NCBI GenBank assembly: GCA_963766075.1
Contig: CAVYAN010000063.1
Coordinates: 8,173 to 72,172, forward strand
Length of the DNA stretch: 64,000 nt
Direction: 5' to 3'
From: an uncultured cyanobacterium
GTDB taxonomy: Bacteria; Cyanobacteriota; Cyanobacteriia; Leptolyngbyales; Leptolyngbyaceae
Both the position numbers and the translations under genes were made by a program. The notes under the pieces were generated by a model, which did not search any database, was not told where the DNA came from, and was given only the letters and a program-made list of their open reading frames with translations. Shown one piece after another: positions 32,680 to 42,914 of the stretch (position 1 is the stretch's first letter; each line of letters starts with the position of its first letter).

Positions 32680-33582
32680 TCACGCTATCGCTTGTAACCA
32701 GGTTAGCAAATCGTCCAGGCTAGCAAAGTCTAGTAGGGCTGTTCCCAGAGCTTCCAGTTGCGCCATAGAACAGGATTCAATCTGCGATCGAACCTCGGGC
32801 GTCAGTTCTCCAACCCGCCGAGTTAATTGCTGCAGAATCAGCGATCGTTGCCCGCGTTCTTCGCCAATCTGCCGTCCGCGTTCTTCGCCAATCTGCCGTC
32901 CGCGTTCTTCGCCAATCTGCCGCCCGCGTTCTTCGCCAATCTGTTGATTTTCCTGGGCAATTTCTTGATAAATCACGGACTCTCGCATAATTCCCCCTCG
33001 AAACATCCGATAGACTGTTTCCTTATCGTACTTCAACCCTGCGATCATCTGCACGTAGGCAGCCACTTCTCGCTGTTGGGGCGTTTCAGGGATCTGCTCC
33101 ACGCGCTGAACCACACGGTGCAAAAGCTGTGCGGCATTCTGCGTCCGAGCCAACGTTGCCAAGGGCAGCAGGGCTAAATCCTGCAAAAACACCTCTGGCT
33201 CTTGCTCCCACATTTTGACAACTTGAAAACTATGGCGGGTTTGCTCCAATTCAAAAATGGTTTCGATCTCGGCATTCGCCTGTGGCGGCAGTAACACAAC
33301 CACAACCTGGGTTACGGGGAGACGATACAGGCGATGTAGCCGCACCCAATAATCCAGCAATCGCAGCGGCATCGGTGGATCCGACTGCCACAGGGTTTGG
33401 AATTCTAGATGGAGAATGCGCCCATTGGCTTGCAGAAAGGTGACAGAATCCGCACGAATCGGCTCAATACTCAACTCAGATTTCAGCACCTCGATCGCCC
33501 GGGGCACTTCTCCTAAAAGCCAAGCAGCAAACCGATCAGGATATTTTTCAGCCAGTAGCTTACAGAGGTTATCAAACGCCAT
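32680..33582 (-). CDS. Rpn-family PD-(D/E)xK putative nuclease with C-terminal DUF4351
   Basis: DNLCKLLAE, ELSIEPIRADS, ILHLEFQT, RLLDYW; MRESVIYQEI; LILQQLTRRVG..LEALG.ALLDF..DL..WL. Confidence 0.88.
   Translation of the reverse strand: MAFDNLCKLLAEKYPDRFAAWLLGEVPRAIEVLKSELSIEPIRADSVTFLQANGRILHLEFQTLWQSDPPMPLRLLDYWVRLHRLYRLPVTQVVVVLLPPQANAEIETIFELEQTRHSFQVVKMWEQEPEVFLQDLALLPLATLARTQNAAQLLHRVVQRVEQIPETPQQREVAAYVQMIAGLKYDKETVYRMFRGGIMRESVIYQEIAQENQQIGEERGRQIGEERGRQIGEERGRQIGEERGQRSLILQQLTRRVGELTPEVRSQIESCSMAQLEALGTALLDFASLDDLLTWLQAIA
32852..32943 (-). repeat. 24-bp intragenic tandem repeat, four copies (encoding QIGEERGR)
   Basis: CCGCGTTCTTCGCCAATCTG recurs at 32852, 32876, 32900 and 32924. 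Confidence 0.9.
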
Positions 33583-33703
33583 GGGAAAAGATGATGTCCA
33601 GCGCGATCGCCCCAGTTTAACAGGCCGAATCCAGGTTCTGAGGACAACAGTTAACCTCTAGAGCCGAGTTTACGACATCAGAAAGTAAGCCTAGAGATTG
33701 AAC

Positions 33704-34519
33704 CTAGAGACTCCCCTTCCCTTTGGTCATCTCTAGGTTAATAAACGGCAACGCCCCACTCCCACCCATGACTTGGGGAAACTTGCCATCCCATTTTTCG
33801 ATCGCTTGCTTCTGCAACAACTCCGGTGTCAGAGATTCCCGCAGCAATCGCTGAGCTTCGGCTTGGCCCTTAGCACGATTGACATTGGCTTCGGCTTCCT
33901 GCTCGGCCTCTTGGGCAATGTAGACCGCCCGCTGAGCCCGCTGTTCAGCAATTTGCTTTTCTTCCACCGCTTTGGAGAATTCCGTTGAAAACTCTAGGTC
34001 AACAACGCTGGTATCGAGAATGATAATGCCATATTTTTCTAGCCGCGCCCCCAAGGCAGTATCAAAATCTTGCTTCAGTTCCTCCCGCTTAGTAATGGCT
34101 TCTTCCACGGTGCGGCGGGCAGCAGCCACTTTGAAGGATTCTTGGGTTTGGGGTGCAATGATTTTGGCTACGATGTTTTGCAGAGAACCCTGGGTGCGGC
34201 GGATGTTGACGACTTGGCTAGAATCCAGTCGAAAGTTAATGGCAAAGCTGGCGGTTAACTGCTGCAAATCCTTCGTAGAACTTTGGGCCGGGACTTCAAA
34301 CTTTTGGACAGTGAGGTCGTAGACATCGACGGTGGAAATTAAGGGCGGCTTCAGATGCACACCTTCGAGAAGCACACCATCTTGGGCTTTTCCGAGGACG
34401 CTGAGAACAGCAGCCTGTCCGGGGTTAATAATGACGACACCATTGATGCCGATTAGGGCAGCGATCGCCACCAGGGCCAGTACTAAAGAGGTACGCCAGT
34501 CGAGACCTTGATTGTTCAC
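33704..34519 (-). CDS. Prohibitin/SPFH (band 7) family protein
   Basis: N-terminal TM helix; EGVHLK.P, TKDLQ, AVEEKQIAEQRAQRA, A.GQAEAQRLL, IEKWDG. Confidence 0.92.
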   Translation of the reverse strand: MNNQGLDWRTSLVLALVAIAALIGINGVVIINPGQAAVLSVLGKAQDGVLLEGVHLKPPLISTVDVYDLTVQKFEVPAQSSTKDLQQLTASFAINFRLDSSQVVNIRRTQGSLQNIVAKIIAPQTQESFKVAAARRTVEEAITKREELKQDFDTALGARLEKYGIIILDTSVVDLEFSTEFSKAVEEKQIAEQRAQRAVYIAQEAEQEAEANVNRAKGQAEAQRLLRESLTPELLQKQAIEKWDGKFPQVMGGSGALPFINLEMTKGKGSL

Positions 34520-34682
34520 GGGAAATGATTGCTCTGAAACGTTACCCCTTGAGCATAGACGACGCGATCGGCAAATGGGAAATCAAAGGGCTGAGGCGTT
34601 TACCGCTGGCCCACAGCGCTGATTCTGGGATGGGCTGATTCGTCCAGCCACTATTTTTCTACCGACCACTACTCTCCAGCCA

Positions 34683-35381
34683 CTATTCTTCCATCCACAA
34701 CGGCACGCGATAGCGCGCCTCCCGCAGATTGTCGTCCAACTGTTGGTAGTTCGCTTCATGCTGGCTAACCAAGGCCCAAAACTGCTTGGAGTGGTTGAGG
34801 TGAATCGTATGGCACAGCTCATGCACAAACACGTAGCGCACTACAGCAGGCGCAAGAAACATGAGTTTACTGTTGAGGCTAATGGTTTGACGAGAGGTAC
34901 AACTCCCCCAGCGGGTGCGCTGTTGGCGAATGGTGGCGGTGGTGAAGGGGAGAGCAACTTCTTGACTCACACTGCGCAACCAAGGAATGAGGTGCACACG
35001 AGCCTTTTGGGTCAGCCAGCGCTGGAGGGCGGTTTTGCAAAGACGAATATCACTAATCTCGCCAAGGAGCGTGAGTTGGTGTTCGGACTGTTCGACAATC
35101 CGGATACCGCGCAGAGGCGTTTGGGTATAGTGGATGTGCCAGGTTTGGGCGATCGCCTGTAACTCCACCTCCGTGGGCAAGGCAACCCCAAAACCCTGCT
35201 GATGATATTCGACTTTTTGCAATACCTGGTTAATCCACCGCTGCTTTTTCTTGACAATGGCAGGGATTTGTTGCCGGTCGAATCCAGGGGGGACCACGAT
35301 TTCCAGCTCACCCACGGGAGAAATCTTGAGGGAAACATGCTTGGCGCGGCGACTTTCCCGAACGGTATAGGTAGGCGACAT
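34683..35381 (-). CDS. YgjP/DUF45-like (M48-type) zinc metallopeptidase
   Basis: RTRWGSC, YVFVHELCH, NHSKQFW. Confidence 0.9.
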   Translation of the reverse strand: MSPTYTVRESRRAKHVSLKISPVGELEIVVPPGFDRQQIPAIVKKKQRWINQVLQKVEYHQQGFGVALPTEVELQAIAQTWHIHYTQTPLRGIRIVEQSEHQLTLLGEISDIRLCKTALQRWLTQKARVHLIPWLRSVSQEVALPFTTATIRQQRTRWGSCTSRQTISLNSKLMFLAPAVVRYVFVHELCHTIHLNHSKQFWALVSQHEANYQQLDDNLREARYRVPLWMEE

Positions 35382-35627
35382 GCGCAGTCTAGGCAACGAT
35401 TGACACTTCTAATCATGCCCTAAGATGCCATTGTTGCGACGATCTCAAACCAATCAGTTAGACGGTGACCATAGGGCAATGGCCTATGAAATACGATGCG
35501 GTTATACCCCTGTGATCAGCATCACTAGAGAAACCATGCAGAATCACAGCAGATCAAGTCTGTGGATCACGCGGTTGCCAATTCAGAAAATTCATAATAA
35601 TCCTGTTGAGTTGATCGGCATCCACCT

Positions 35628-35837
35628 ATGACTGCCCCTGTCATCGCCCCTGCTCCGCTACCAAGCCCCCCCTCCCCTCTGCAAGAAGTTGTGGCTCGCA
35701 TTATTACTTCTCGTCGGATTACCCGCATTGATCAATGCCTATTACTGGCATTGGGTGGGTCTAGTTCAGATGATCAGCATTTGATCAACCAAGTGTTTGA
35801 TTGCCTGCGCCAAGGCCGCTTGCGCGTGGTAGAGTAA
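35628..35837 (+). CDS. Small hypothetical protein
   Basis: LQEVVARII.SRRITR.DQ..LL...INQVFD.LRQGRLRVVE; resembles small cyanobacterial proteins. Confidence 0.65.
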   Translation: MTAPVIAPAPLPSPPSPLQEVVARIITSRRITRIDQCLLLALGGSSSDDQHLINQVFDCLRQGRLRVVE

Positions 35838-35906
35838 CCCGGCAATGGCTTCCGCAGAACATCAGACTTTTGAGTCAATTTTCTGAATCAATTTTCCCCT
35901 ACTGAA

Positions 35907-37448
35907 CTAACTTTCTGACGAGGCTCGGTGAATCGGCAACAGAACGTTAAAAGTTGAACCTTCGCCCTGACGGCTTTTCACGGAAATTGATCCCCCGCAG
36001 TACAACAGCAACTGCTGCACAATGGTTAAACCCAAGCCCGCACCAATATTTTCTTCAGTGACTTGGCGCACCCGATAGAAGCGATCAAAGATTTTAGGAA
36101 TTTCGCTGGGGGCAATGCCAATGCCCGTATCCCGCAATTCAAGCTGAACATAGTCGCCTTGCTGCTTAGCCTTGACCCATACCTGGCCGCCACTGGGGGT
36201 AAACTTGATGCCATTGTGCAGCAAGTTAATCACAATTTGCCGCAGCCAGCTTTTAGCACAGGACACGGCAGGCAAATCCTCTGGAATGGTGTAGGCCATC
36301 ATAATGCCTTTTTCTTCGGCTAGGGGCTGATAAGTACTGACAAACCCGGGGACTGTTTCGCAAAGCTTGATGGGTTCAATGGACGTTTGCTCGGCGGTCT
36401 GATCCAGTTGCACCAGATCCAACAGGCTGGTGATCAGGGAACTCTGGCGATCGCATTCCTTCGCAATCAACTCCATATAGCGCTGTCGTTGCGGTGGCTT
36501 CAGACTCGGCGAATTCAGCAACGTTAGGGCGGTTTTAATCGTCGTGAGTGGTGTCCGCAACTCTTGCCCCACGTTACTCAAAAAATCATCCTTGAGTCGT
36601 ACAGAACTCACCAATTCCTCATTTTGCCGCTGCAACACCGCCGCCGTTTCCGCTTGTTTCCGCACCGCCGCATAACGTTGCCATAGGTCGTCTTGCTTCT
36701 GCATTTGCCGGGTAAATAGGCTACTCACCACATGAATATCCGAAGGCAACGCGGGCAAATCGGCCAATAACCCTTGCCATTGGACAACCGGATTCACACG
36801 GTCTTCGCTGGCTACACCCCCCGGCGTAGCGAGAGCCTGCCCCACCCCCCGAATCAAGTCCGCAACGAGGGCCGAATCAAACGACACAAAGGTCAGCAAG
36901 GTTTGTTTTTTCTCAGCGCTGTCCTCCGGAGCAGCATCGGTGGGCAGCCCCTGATCGGGCTTCACGGCTCGTGGACGATGGGCCAGGATAATGCCCTGAA
37001 ACTCAGCAGACCAGACAATCAGAAAATACTCGCGCCGCAGCAGACTGCTGGACTCCAGGGCAATGGGCACGACGGGACTGCCGCCATTCAACGCACTATG
37101 GCGCAGAGATAGCGTACTGTTGGTAAAGATCGGCGTCGGCAGCGATCCGGAGTCGGCGATGCCCGCACTGACGTCATCCCCCTGCTCTTCTTTGAGGGAT
37201 TTGAAGTTATAGATGGCCTTGGGTAGCCCAGGCAAAGCACTATAGCGATCCACTTCCGCCTGCCAAGAATCCCCCTTGGGGAGCTTTGCCCAGACGATCG
37301 CCCCAACCCGATTTTCCACCAGGCGATCAATCAACGCACTGACAGCGGACTTGAAGGTGGCCGGACTGAGCTGAGAAACAACAGGAGGGCGGACCGATTG
37401 AATCGCTAACTCGTACAAAGACATATCAGAGAGCAGCGTTGCATTCAT
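35907..37448 (-). CDS. Sensor histidine kinase-like protein with DICT-type N-terminal domain; H-box His replaced by Gln
   Basis: REYFLIVWS.EF; H-box reads GQELRTPL; intact NLLHNGIKF, DTGIGI, FDRFYR and GAGLGL. Confidence 0.88.
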   Translation of the reverse strand: MNATLLSDMSLYELAIQSVRPPVVSQLSPATFKSAVSALIDRLVENRVGAIVWAKLPKGDSWQAEVDRYSALPGLPKAIYNFKSLKEEQGDDVSAGIADSGSLPTPIFTNSTLSLRHSALNGGSPVVPIALESSSLLRREYFLIVWSAEFQGIILAHRPRAVKPDQGLPTDAAPEDSAEKKQTLLTFVSFDSALVADLIRGVGQALATPGGVASEDRVNPVVQWQGLLADLPALPSDIHVVSSLFTRQMQKQDDLWQRYAAVRKQAETAAVLQRQNEELVSSVRLKDDFLSNVGQELRTPLTTIKTALTLLNSPSLKPPQRQRYMELIAKECDRQSSLITSLLDLVQLDQTAEQTSIEPIKLCETVPGFVSTYQPLAEEKGIMMAYTIPEDLPAVSCAKSWLRQIVINLLHNGIKFTPSGGQVWVKAKQQGDYVQLELRDTGIGIAPSEIPKIFDRFYRVRQVTEENIGAGLGLTIVQQLLLYCGGSISVKSRQGEGSTFNVLLPIHRASSES

Positions 37449-37716
37449 GGGATGTTAAGGAGAGTGTTTTAATGATAAGAGTCGCTGTTGACCGCTCAAC
37501 CTGATCGCAATCGATGCCCAGAGATAATGCTCCAGTAATACCCAGTGAATACAGTGCTGGCGTTAGAGGCACTGGGTTCCGGCAGACCCTACCCTAAAAT
37601 GACAAACAGGTTTAGCCCGACAACATAAATATAGTCCCTATATCCTCTCCCATACGGACGCAATTCCGCCTACGCGATTCCCCCTAAGTATGCACCAAAA
37701 TTTTCTGAAATGGCGC

Positions 37717-38877
37717 TTAGGCGGGAGGCCGATCCGTAGTCCTGCGGAGAACGGAGGCATTGACAGCATTGGGATAGCGTCCACCGGATGCGGAAGGCAG
37801 AGAAAATTGAAAGCTGCTGCCCTGGCCTAGGATGCTGGTGACCGTAATAGTCCCGCCCTGAAGCTCGACAAGACGGCGGCAAATGGCCAAGCCAACCCCC
37901 GTGCCGCCCGAGTGGCGATCGCGGGAGCGATCGGCCCGCCAAAACCGCTCAAAAACATGGGGCAAATCCTCTGCCGCAATCCCTTGGCCCGTGTCCACCA
38001 CGGCAATCCAAATCTGATCGGCGGTTTCCCAGGCCCGCAGGGTAATTGTCCCCGTGAGCGTATAGCGCAGAGCATTGCCTAAAAGATTGATGAGGACCTG
38101 TTCCACCCGCTCTGGATCGGCCCACGCGGGAGCTAAATCCTCGGGGCATGCAACATGCAGAACGGGACCCTCTTCCGTCAACTGGTCAGAAAACTTGGTC
38201 CGCAGCGATCGCAATAGAGCCGGGACAGGCAGCACCTCAGCCCGAATCGGCAAGTACCCGGCCTCCGCCTGGGAAAGCTCCTGCAAATCATTCACCAATC
38301 GCCCCAACCGTGCCGTTTCCCGGCTCAGCCGTTGGTAAATCTCCGGCGTGGCCTCAATCGTGCCATCCCCTAGCCCTTCCAGATAGCCCTTCACTACCGT
38401 TAACGGGGTCCGCAACTCGTGGGTTAAGTCCCCAATCAACTCCCGCCGCCGCTGCTCCACCCCTTGTAAGTCCGCCGCCATCCGGTTAAAGCTGGTTGCC
38501 AGTTGGTTTAACTCAGGAATGTCGCTACTGGGCAACCGCTCCTCTAGGTGCCCTGCGGCTACTTTCTGGGTGACCTGCTCCATCTGCTCCAGGGGCTGCA
38601 TAATCCGCTTCGAGACCAGGTAGCTCAGCCCGCCCGCAGCAGAACCGCCAACGGCCACAGACCAAAGGGTGCCTCGGCTCCAGGTCGAGTCAAACACCTC
38701 CACGAGCCGCTGCCGCACCAAAAACAGATTAACGCCCCGGCCCTCCAATTGCCGCAGAGACAGAACGAATAGCCGGGGCGTATAGAGTTTACTCACCGTC
38801 AGCAATGTGCTCAACCCCACCACCATCACAATCAAGTGCGACAGAAAGAGACGAGCCCGGAGTCCAAGCTTAGGCAT
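37717..38877 (-). CDS. HAMP-domain sensor histidine kinase (BaeS-like)
   Basis: Two TM helices, HAMP, THELRTPL, NLLGNALRY, DTGQGI, GTGVGL. Confidence 0.93.
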   Translation of the reverse strand: MPKLGLRARLFLSHLIVMVVGLSTLLTVSKLYTPRLFVLSLRQLEGRGVNLFLVRQRLVEVFDSTWSRGTLWSVAVGGSAAGGLSYLVSKRIMQPLEQMEQVTQKVAAGHLEERLPSSDIPELNQLATSFNRMAADLQGVEQRRRELIGDLTHELRTPLTVVKGYLEGLGDGTIEATPEIYQRLSRETARLGRLVNDLQELSQAEAGYLPIRAEVLPVPALLRSLRTKFSDQLTEEGPVLHVACPEDLAPAWADPERVEQVLINLLGNALRYTLTGTITLRAWETADQIWIAVVDTGQGIAAEDLPHVFERFWRADRSRDRHSGGTGVGLAICRRLVELQGGTITVTSILGQGSSFQFSLPSASGGRYPNAVNASVLRRTTDRPPA

Positions 38878-39047
38878 AGTGTTTAACCTGCATTGCGGCA
38901 CCGTTCCAGCATAGCGGCACCCTCGTCAAGAAAGCCTGCGGCAGTGAGCCAGTAGTGAGATTATCGAGACGGCAAAGACAGACGGCAAAAGTCATAGTCA
39001 CAGGCTTTGCCGCCACAGCGATGTGCGCTTTTGTAACGGATTTCAGC

Positions 39048-39755
39048 TCAAACAACAGCATCCTCGAACTTGTAGCCCACGCCGATCACGGTTTTGACGA
39101 AGGTAGGGGTGGACGGGTCGGGTTCGATTTTTTTACGAAGGCGAGCAATATGAGTATCAACGACGCGCTCATCGCCAAAGAAGTCGCTGCCCCAGAGTTT
39201 ATCAATGAGTTGGGTCCGATTCCAAACGCGCCCAGGGTGGCTCATGAAGGTAATCAGGAGTTCAAATTCAAGGGTGGTTAAATCAAGGGTTTCCGGCGCG
39301 TTAGCATCCAAGTGGCGCTGTGCCGATCGCTGATCGACATCAACGGTAAAGCTTTGGGTGCGGTAGTTTTGGGTTTGGCCGCCTTGGCGTAGGGTGCGGC
39401 GCAGAAGCGCCCGGACACGGGCGACCAGTTCTTTAGGGCTAAAGGGCTTGACCATATAGTCATCGGCCCCGGTGGATAGGCCAATGATGCGATCGAGCTC
39501 TTCGCCTTTGGCAGTCAGCATTAGAATGTAGGGATCCTTGGTGCCCGGTTTTTGGCGAATCCGGGCACACACTTCCAGGCCATCCAGGCCGGGAATCATC
39601 AGATCCAAGATGATGAGATCGGGGTTCTGCTCCTGAAAGGCCCTTAACGCGCTAATACCATCGCGACAGTGGCGACAGGTAAAGCCTTCCTTTTCCAGGT
39701 AAAGCTGAATCAGTTGGGCGATTTCGATTTCGTCTTCGATGATCAGAATATCCAT
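39048..39755 (-). CDS. OmpR-family response regulator
   Basis: IIEDE, LDLMIP, MLTAK, GADDYMVKPF; winged-HTH VDTHIARLRKK..TVIGVGY. Confidence 0.95.
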   Translation of the reverse strand: MDILIIEDEIEIAQLIQLYLEKEGFTCRHCRDGISALRAFQEQNPDLIILDLMIPGLDGLEVCARIRQKPGTKDPYILMLTAKGEELDRIIGLSTGADDYMVKPFSPKELVARVRALLRRTLRQGGQTQNYRTQSFTVDVDQRSAQRHLDANAPETLDLTTLEFELLITFMSHPGRVWNRTQLIDKLWGSDFFGDERVVDTHIARLRKKIEPDPSTPTFVKTVIGVGYKFEDAVV

Positions 39756-39971
39756 AGTGAACCGGTGACAAAAGTTGAGGAGCGAAAAGTGTGGCGTTTG
39801 TAGATTTCGATGATACCGTTACCTATCTAGTGTGCTGTGGGCTGACTGGCAGAATCGCTCCGGTTAAATAGGCTGGCTCTATCGTCTGGGTTAATGCAGA
39901 TCGGGCTGGACGCATGGGACACTCCCTTTATTGTAGAGACTCGTAAATTTTGCGATCGCCTGATGTGTGCA

Positions 39972-42083
39972 ATGGAATCCACCCTTTCTACCAACCAATT
40001 GACCGCCCTGGCTGAGCACCTCCAGAGCCATCTGCACCAAGAGCATCAGACCCAGTTTGAGACGCTACAGTTGCACGTGGTGCCGCTCCAGATTTATTGC
40101 GTGCTCAAGGGCAAGGATTTAATGGTACTTGGGCAACATCGCCCGGACCAACCCCCCGATGCGGCGCAGATATTTCCCAGTCTGGAGAGTGCGATCCACA
40201 CACTGCCGCCGGAATTGATGGCCAGCATTTTTGATCCGCAAATGCTGCCCTGCCGCATCCAGGTGAAACTGTATTTGCGATCGCAGGGACAAAAGCAACC
40301 CTACGCCATGCATCCGTTTACCTTTGTGCCGGTCTTTATTCCCTCTCTGGAAGACCTAGAGCAAGCGTTGGATCGCCCCGATCCACTCCCTGAAGAGCCA
40401 AGCCTATCGCATCTCTCTTCAGAGAATCTATTCCAGGCCGATCCAGACCAGGCCGCTACAGCACCAGTAGGATCAGCCTATGCCGCTGTAGCGATCCAAA
40501 ATGGAGTGCCTGAGAAGTGGCCCCATGCGGATGCCACACCGGAGGATTTAGGCGAGGATGCGTTACCCCTGAACGTCATGCAGCAGCAAGAAGCGATCGG
40601 GCAGCAGGCGTCGTCTGAAGCTGAATCTCTGCACACACCAGAATCTCTAGACACACCAGAGTCTTTATCCTCCCCAGAGTTCTCATTCCCAGATTGGGTT
40701 CCCGATCCGGTTGAACCAGGTTTTTCAGTCCAGCCCACGGCACTAACGGTGACAGAGGTGCCGCCGCCTGACCCCGAACCCGAGTTAGAGGCTCCCCTCC
40801 CCTGGCGGGCGATCGCCGCTGTGGGGGGATTAGCGGCATTACTGAGCGGCTGGTTCGTGATGACCCGGCCCTGTGTCATCGATACCTGCCAGCCCTTACA
40901 AACGGCAACCCGGCTGAACTGGGAGATGGTTCAAACAATGGAATCCGCTCAATCGGTAGCCGATCTCAAGCGCGCCCAAGCCCATCTCGCGCAAATCAAT
41001 CAGCAATTGCAACAGGTACCGCGCTGGTCGGGACGGTTTAGCAATGCCCAGGCCCTATTGCAGCGATCGCAAACCCAAGCCACGGAACTGGATCGGGTGA
41101 TCGCTTCCCTGGATAAGGCCGACCAGGCCAATCGGGCGGCAGAACCAGGCGCATCATCGGGATCTGGCAAAGGGGATGTGGAAGCTCAGAAAACCCTATG
41201 GCAAAGCGCGATCGCTCAACTGGAAACGATTCCCACGTCTAGCCTGCTCTATGGGTTTGCCCAGGCCCGGCTGACCGAATTCCAAGGCAACTTGAGCGCA
41301 TTGGAACGCCAGGGATTATCCACGGCACAGGCCAAGCAGCGGTTGTTGGCGGCCAAGGCTGCTGCCCAAAAGGCCCAGGAACGTCAAGATGCCGCCCAAA
41401 CCCAAGAAGACTGGCAATTGACCCAAGCCACCTGGCTAACCGCAGTGAAAGCGCTCCAGGAAATTCCCCCCACCGCCGACAGCTATGGCGAAGCACAGCA
41501 ACTGCTGCCCACCTATCGGGCGCAGGCCACCGGGGTAGGCGATCGCTTGGTCCAGCTCCAGCAAAGCTACCAAGCCTATACCCAAGCCCTGGCGATCGCT
41601 GATCGTGCCCGCGCCCTAGAACAACAGAACCAGTGGACCATGGCCGTGGTGACCTGGCGCAATGCCCTCAGCCGCGCCCAGCAGGTTCCGGCTGATTCCC
41701 CGGATGCTGCCCAAGCCCAAACGCTGATCACGGCCTATAGCAGTGCCCTCAGTCAAGCGGAGGGGCAACTGCAAGCGGCGATCGCCCAACAGCGCATAAA
41801 AACCGATTTGGAAAAAGCCTGCACCGGATCGGTCAAGATTTGCACCTTTGCGATCGCGCCCGAGGTCATTCGTCTACAACTCACCCCGGCCTACGAACAG
41901 GCCCTCAGCAAAGCCTACGCCGCCGGACAATCTGCCGATCCTAACACCTACAACAAGACCTTGACGCATATCGACACGCTGCAAACCGCCCTGCAAACTA
42001 TTTGCAACAATGCTGGCATTCCCCTACAGGTCTATAGCGCCAATGGCAGCGAACTGGTCGGCTCCTTTGATCCCCAGGGCTAG
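39972..42083 (+). CDS. Hypothetical membrane-anchored protein with helical repeats
   Basis: Long ORF; acidic/Pro linker, TM helix followed by RPCV..C, repeated W..A...L..IP..S..Y..AQ units. Confidence 0.8.
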   Translation: MESTLSTNQLTALAEHLQSHLHQEHQTQFETLQLHVVPLQIYCVLKGKDLMVLGQHRPDQPPDAAQIFPSLESAIHTLPPELMASIFDPQMLPCRIQVKLYLRSQGQKQPYAMHPFTFVPVFIPSLEDLEQALDRPDPLPEEPSLSHLSSENLFQADPDQAATAPVGSAYAAVAIQNGVPEKWPHADATPEDLGEDALPLNVMQQQEAIGQQASSEAESLHTPESLDTPESLSSPEFSFPDWVPDPVEPGFSVQPTALTVTEVPPPDPEPELEAPLPWRAIAAVGGLAALLSGWFVMTRPCVIDTCQPLQTATRLNWEMVQTMESAQSVADLKRAQAHLAQINQQLQQVPRWSGRFSNAQALLQRSQTQATELDRVIASLDKADQANRAAEPGASSGSGKGDVEAQKTLWQSAIAQLETIPTSSLLYGFAQARLTEFQGNLSALERQGLSTAQAKQRLLAAKAAAQKAQERQDAAQTQEDWQLTQATWLTAVKALQEIPPTADSYGEAQQLLPTYRAQATGVGDRLVQLQQSYQAYTQALAIADRARALEQQNQWTMAVVTWRNALSRAQQVPADSPDAAQAQTLITAYSSALSQAEGQLQAAIAQQRIKTDLEKACTGSVKICTFAIAPEVIRLQLTPAYEQALSKAYAAGQSADPNTYNKTLTHIDTLQTALQTICNNAGIPLQVYSANGSELVGSFDPQG

Positions 42084-42137
42084 GTAATCTTGGGAATGAG
42101 GAGTGATTGAATGCGGAATCTATTGGCTGCGTAATCT

Positions 42138-42629
42138 TTAGAAGGGAATATCGTCAAAATCCGCTGGAGAAGCCGACTTGGCAGGGGCTGTAACTGCTTT
42201 GGTGGCTTTGGGTTTTGCCTGGGACGTGGAATCGGGTTGCCATCCGGATTGGCTGGCAGGGGCGGCGGTAGGGGGAGTAGGCGCTGGGCCAGCAGGGGCA
42301 GGAGCACTGGCAGCCATTGGCACGTCGCTGCCCAGGGCATGAATGCGCTGGGCCGTGAGTTCCGCGCGCTTTTCCTTGAATCCTTCGGGACGATCCAAGG
42401 TATTCATGCCCAAACGCCCCTCAATGACGATGCGATCGCCCGTATGGTATTTCTCCTGAATTTCCTGGGCCAAATTGCCCCAGCCAACGACCTTGAGCGT
42501 GGCAGCGGGATCCTCCGGACGCAGCCCCGGAAACTGTACCAGCATTTCGGCGATGGGGGTTTGCGTGTCCGAGGTATAGCGCAATTGCGGATCTTGGATG
42601 ACTTCGGCGAGGAGGATGCAGTTATTCAT
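42138..42629 (-). CDS. ssb: Single-stranded DNA-binding protein
   Basis: PQLRYT, IEGRL, EGFKEKRAEL; acidic tail DDIPF. Confidence 0.92.
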   Translation of the reverse strand: MNNCILLAEVIQDPQLRYTSDTQTPIAEMLVQFPGLRPEDPAATLKVVGWGNLAQEIQEKYHTGDRIVIEGRLGMNTLDRPEGFKEKRAELTAQRIHALGSDVPMAASAPAPAGPAPTPPTAAPASQSGWQPDSTSQAKPKATKAVTAPAKSASPADFDDIPF

Positions 42630-42914
42630 AGAAAAATAGCGCTAGAAGTGGAGGAACAATTTGTCCCATTTTACGGTTTCCTGAGAGAAGTCGGGCTCCC
42701 CTGCCTTCCCAGGGCTTTATTCTACAGGTTCCTTGCCAATAGACTTCAAGCCATGAGAATCCATGGCAACTGTCGTCCAAATACCCGGACTTGAATTCTT
42801 GAAAAAGTGAAATAAATTGCCCCGGCGCATCTGGAATGGGCTGGCTTTTGGAGTCTAGCCCCACTGCCAAACCCCCATCCAGGCCCACTGTCAGACCCAC
42901 TGTCAATACAATTT

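Noticed and set aside
32852..32943. 24-bp repeats as a CRISPR array
   Set aside because: They are in-frame coding repeats within the Rpn/DUF4351 linker and have no unique spacers.
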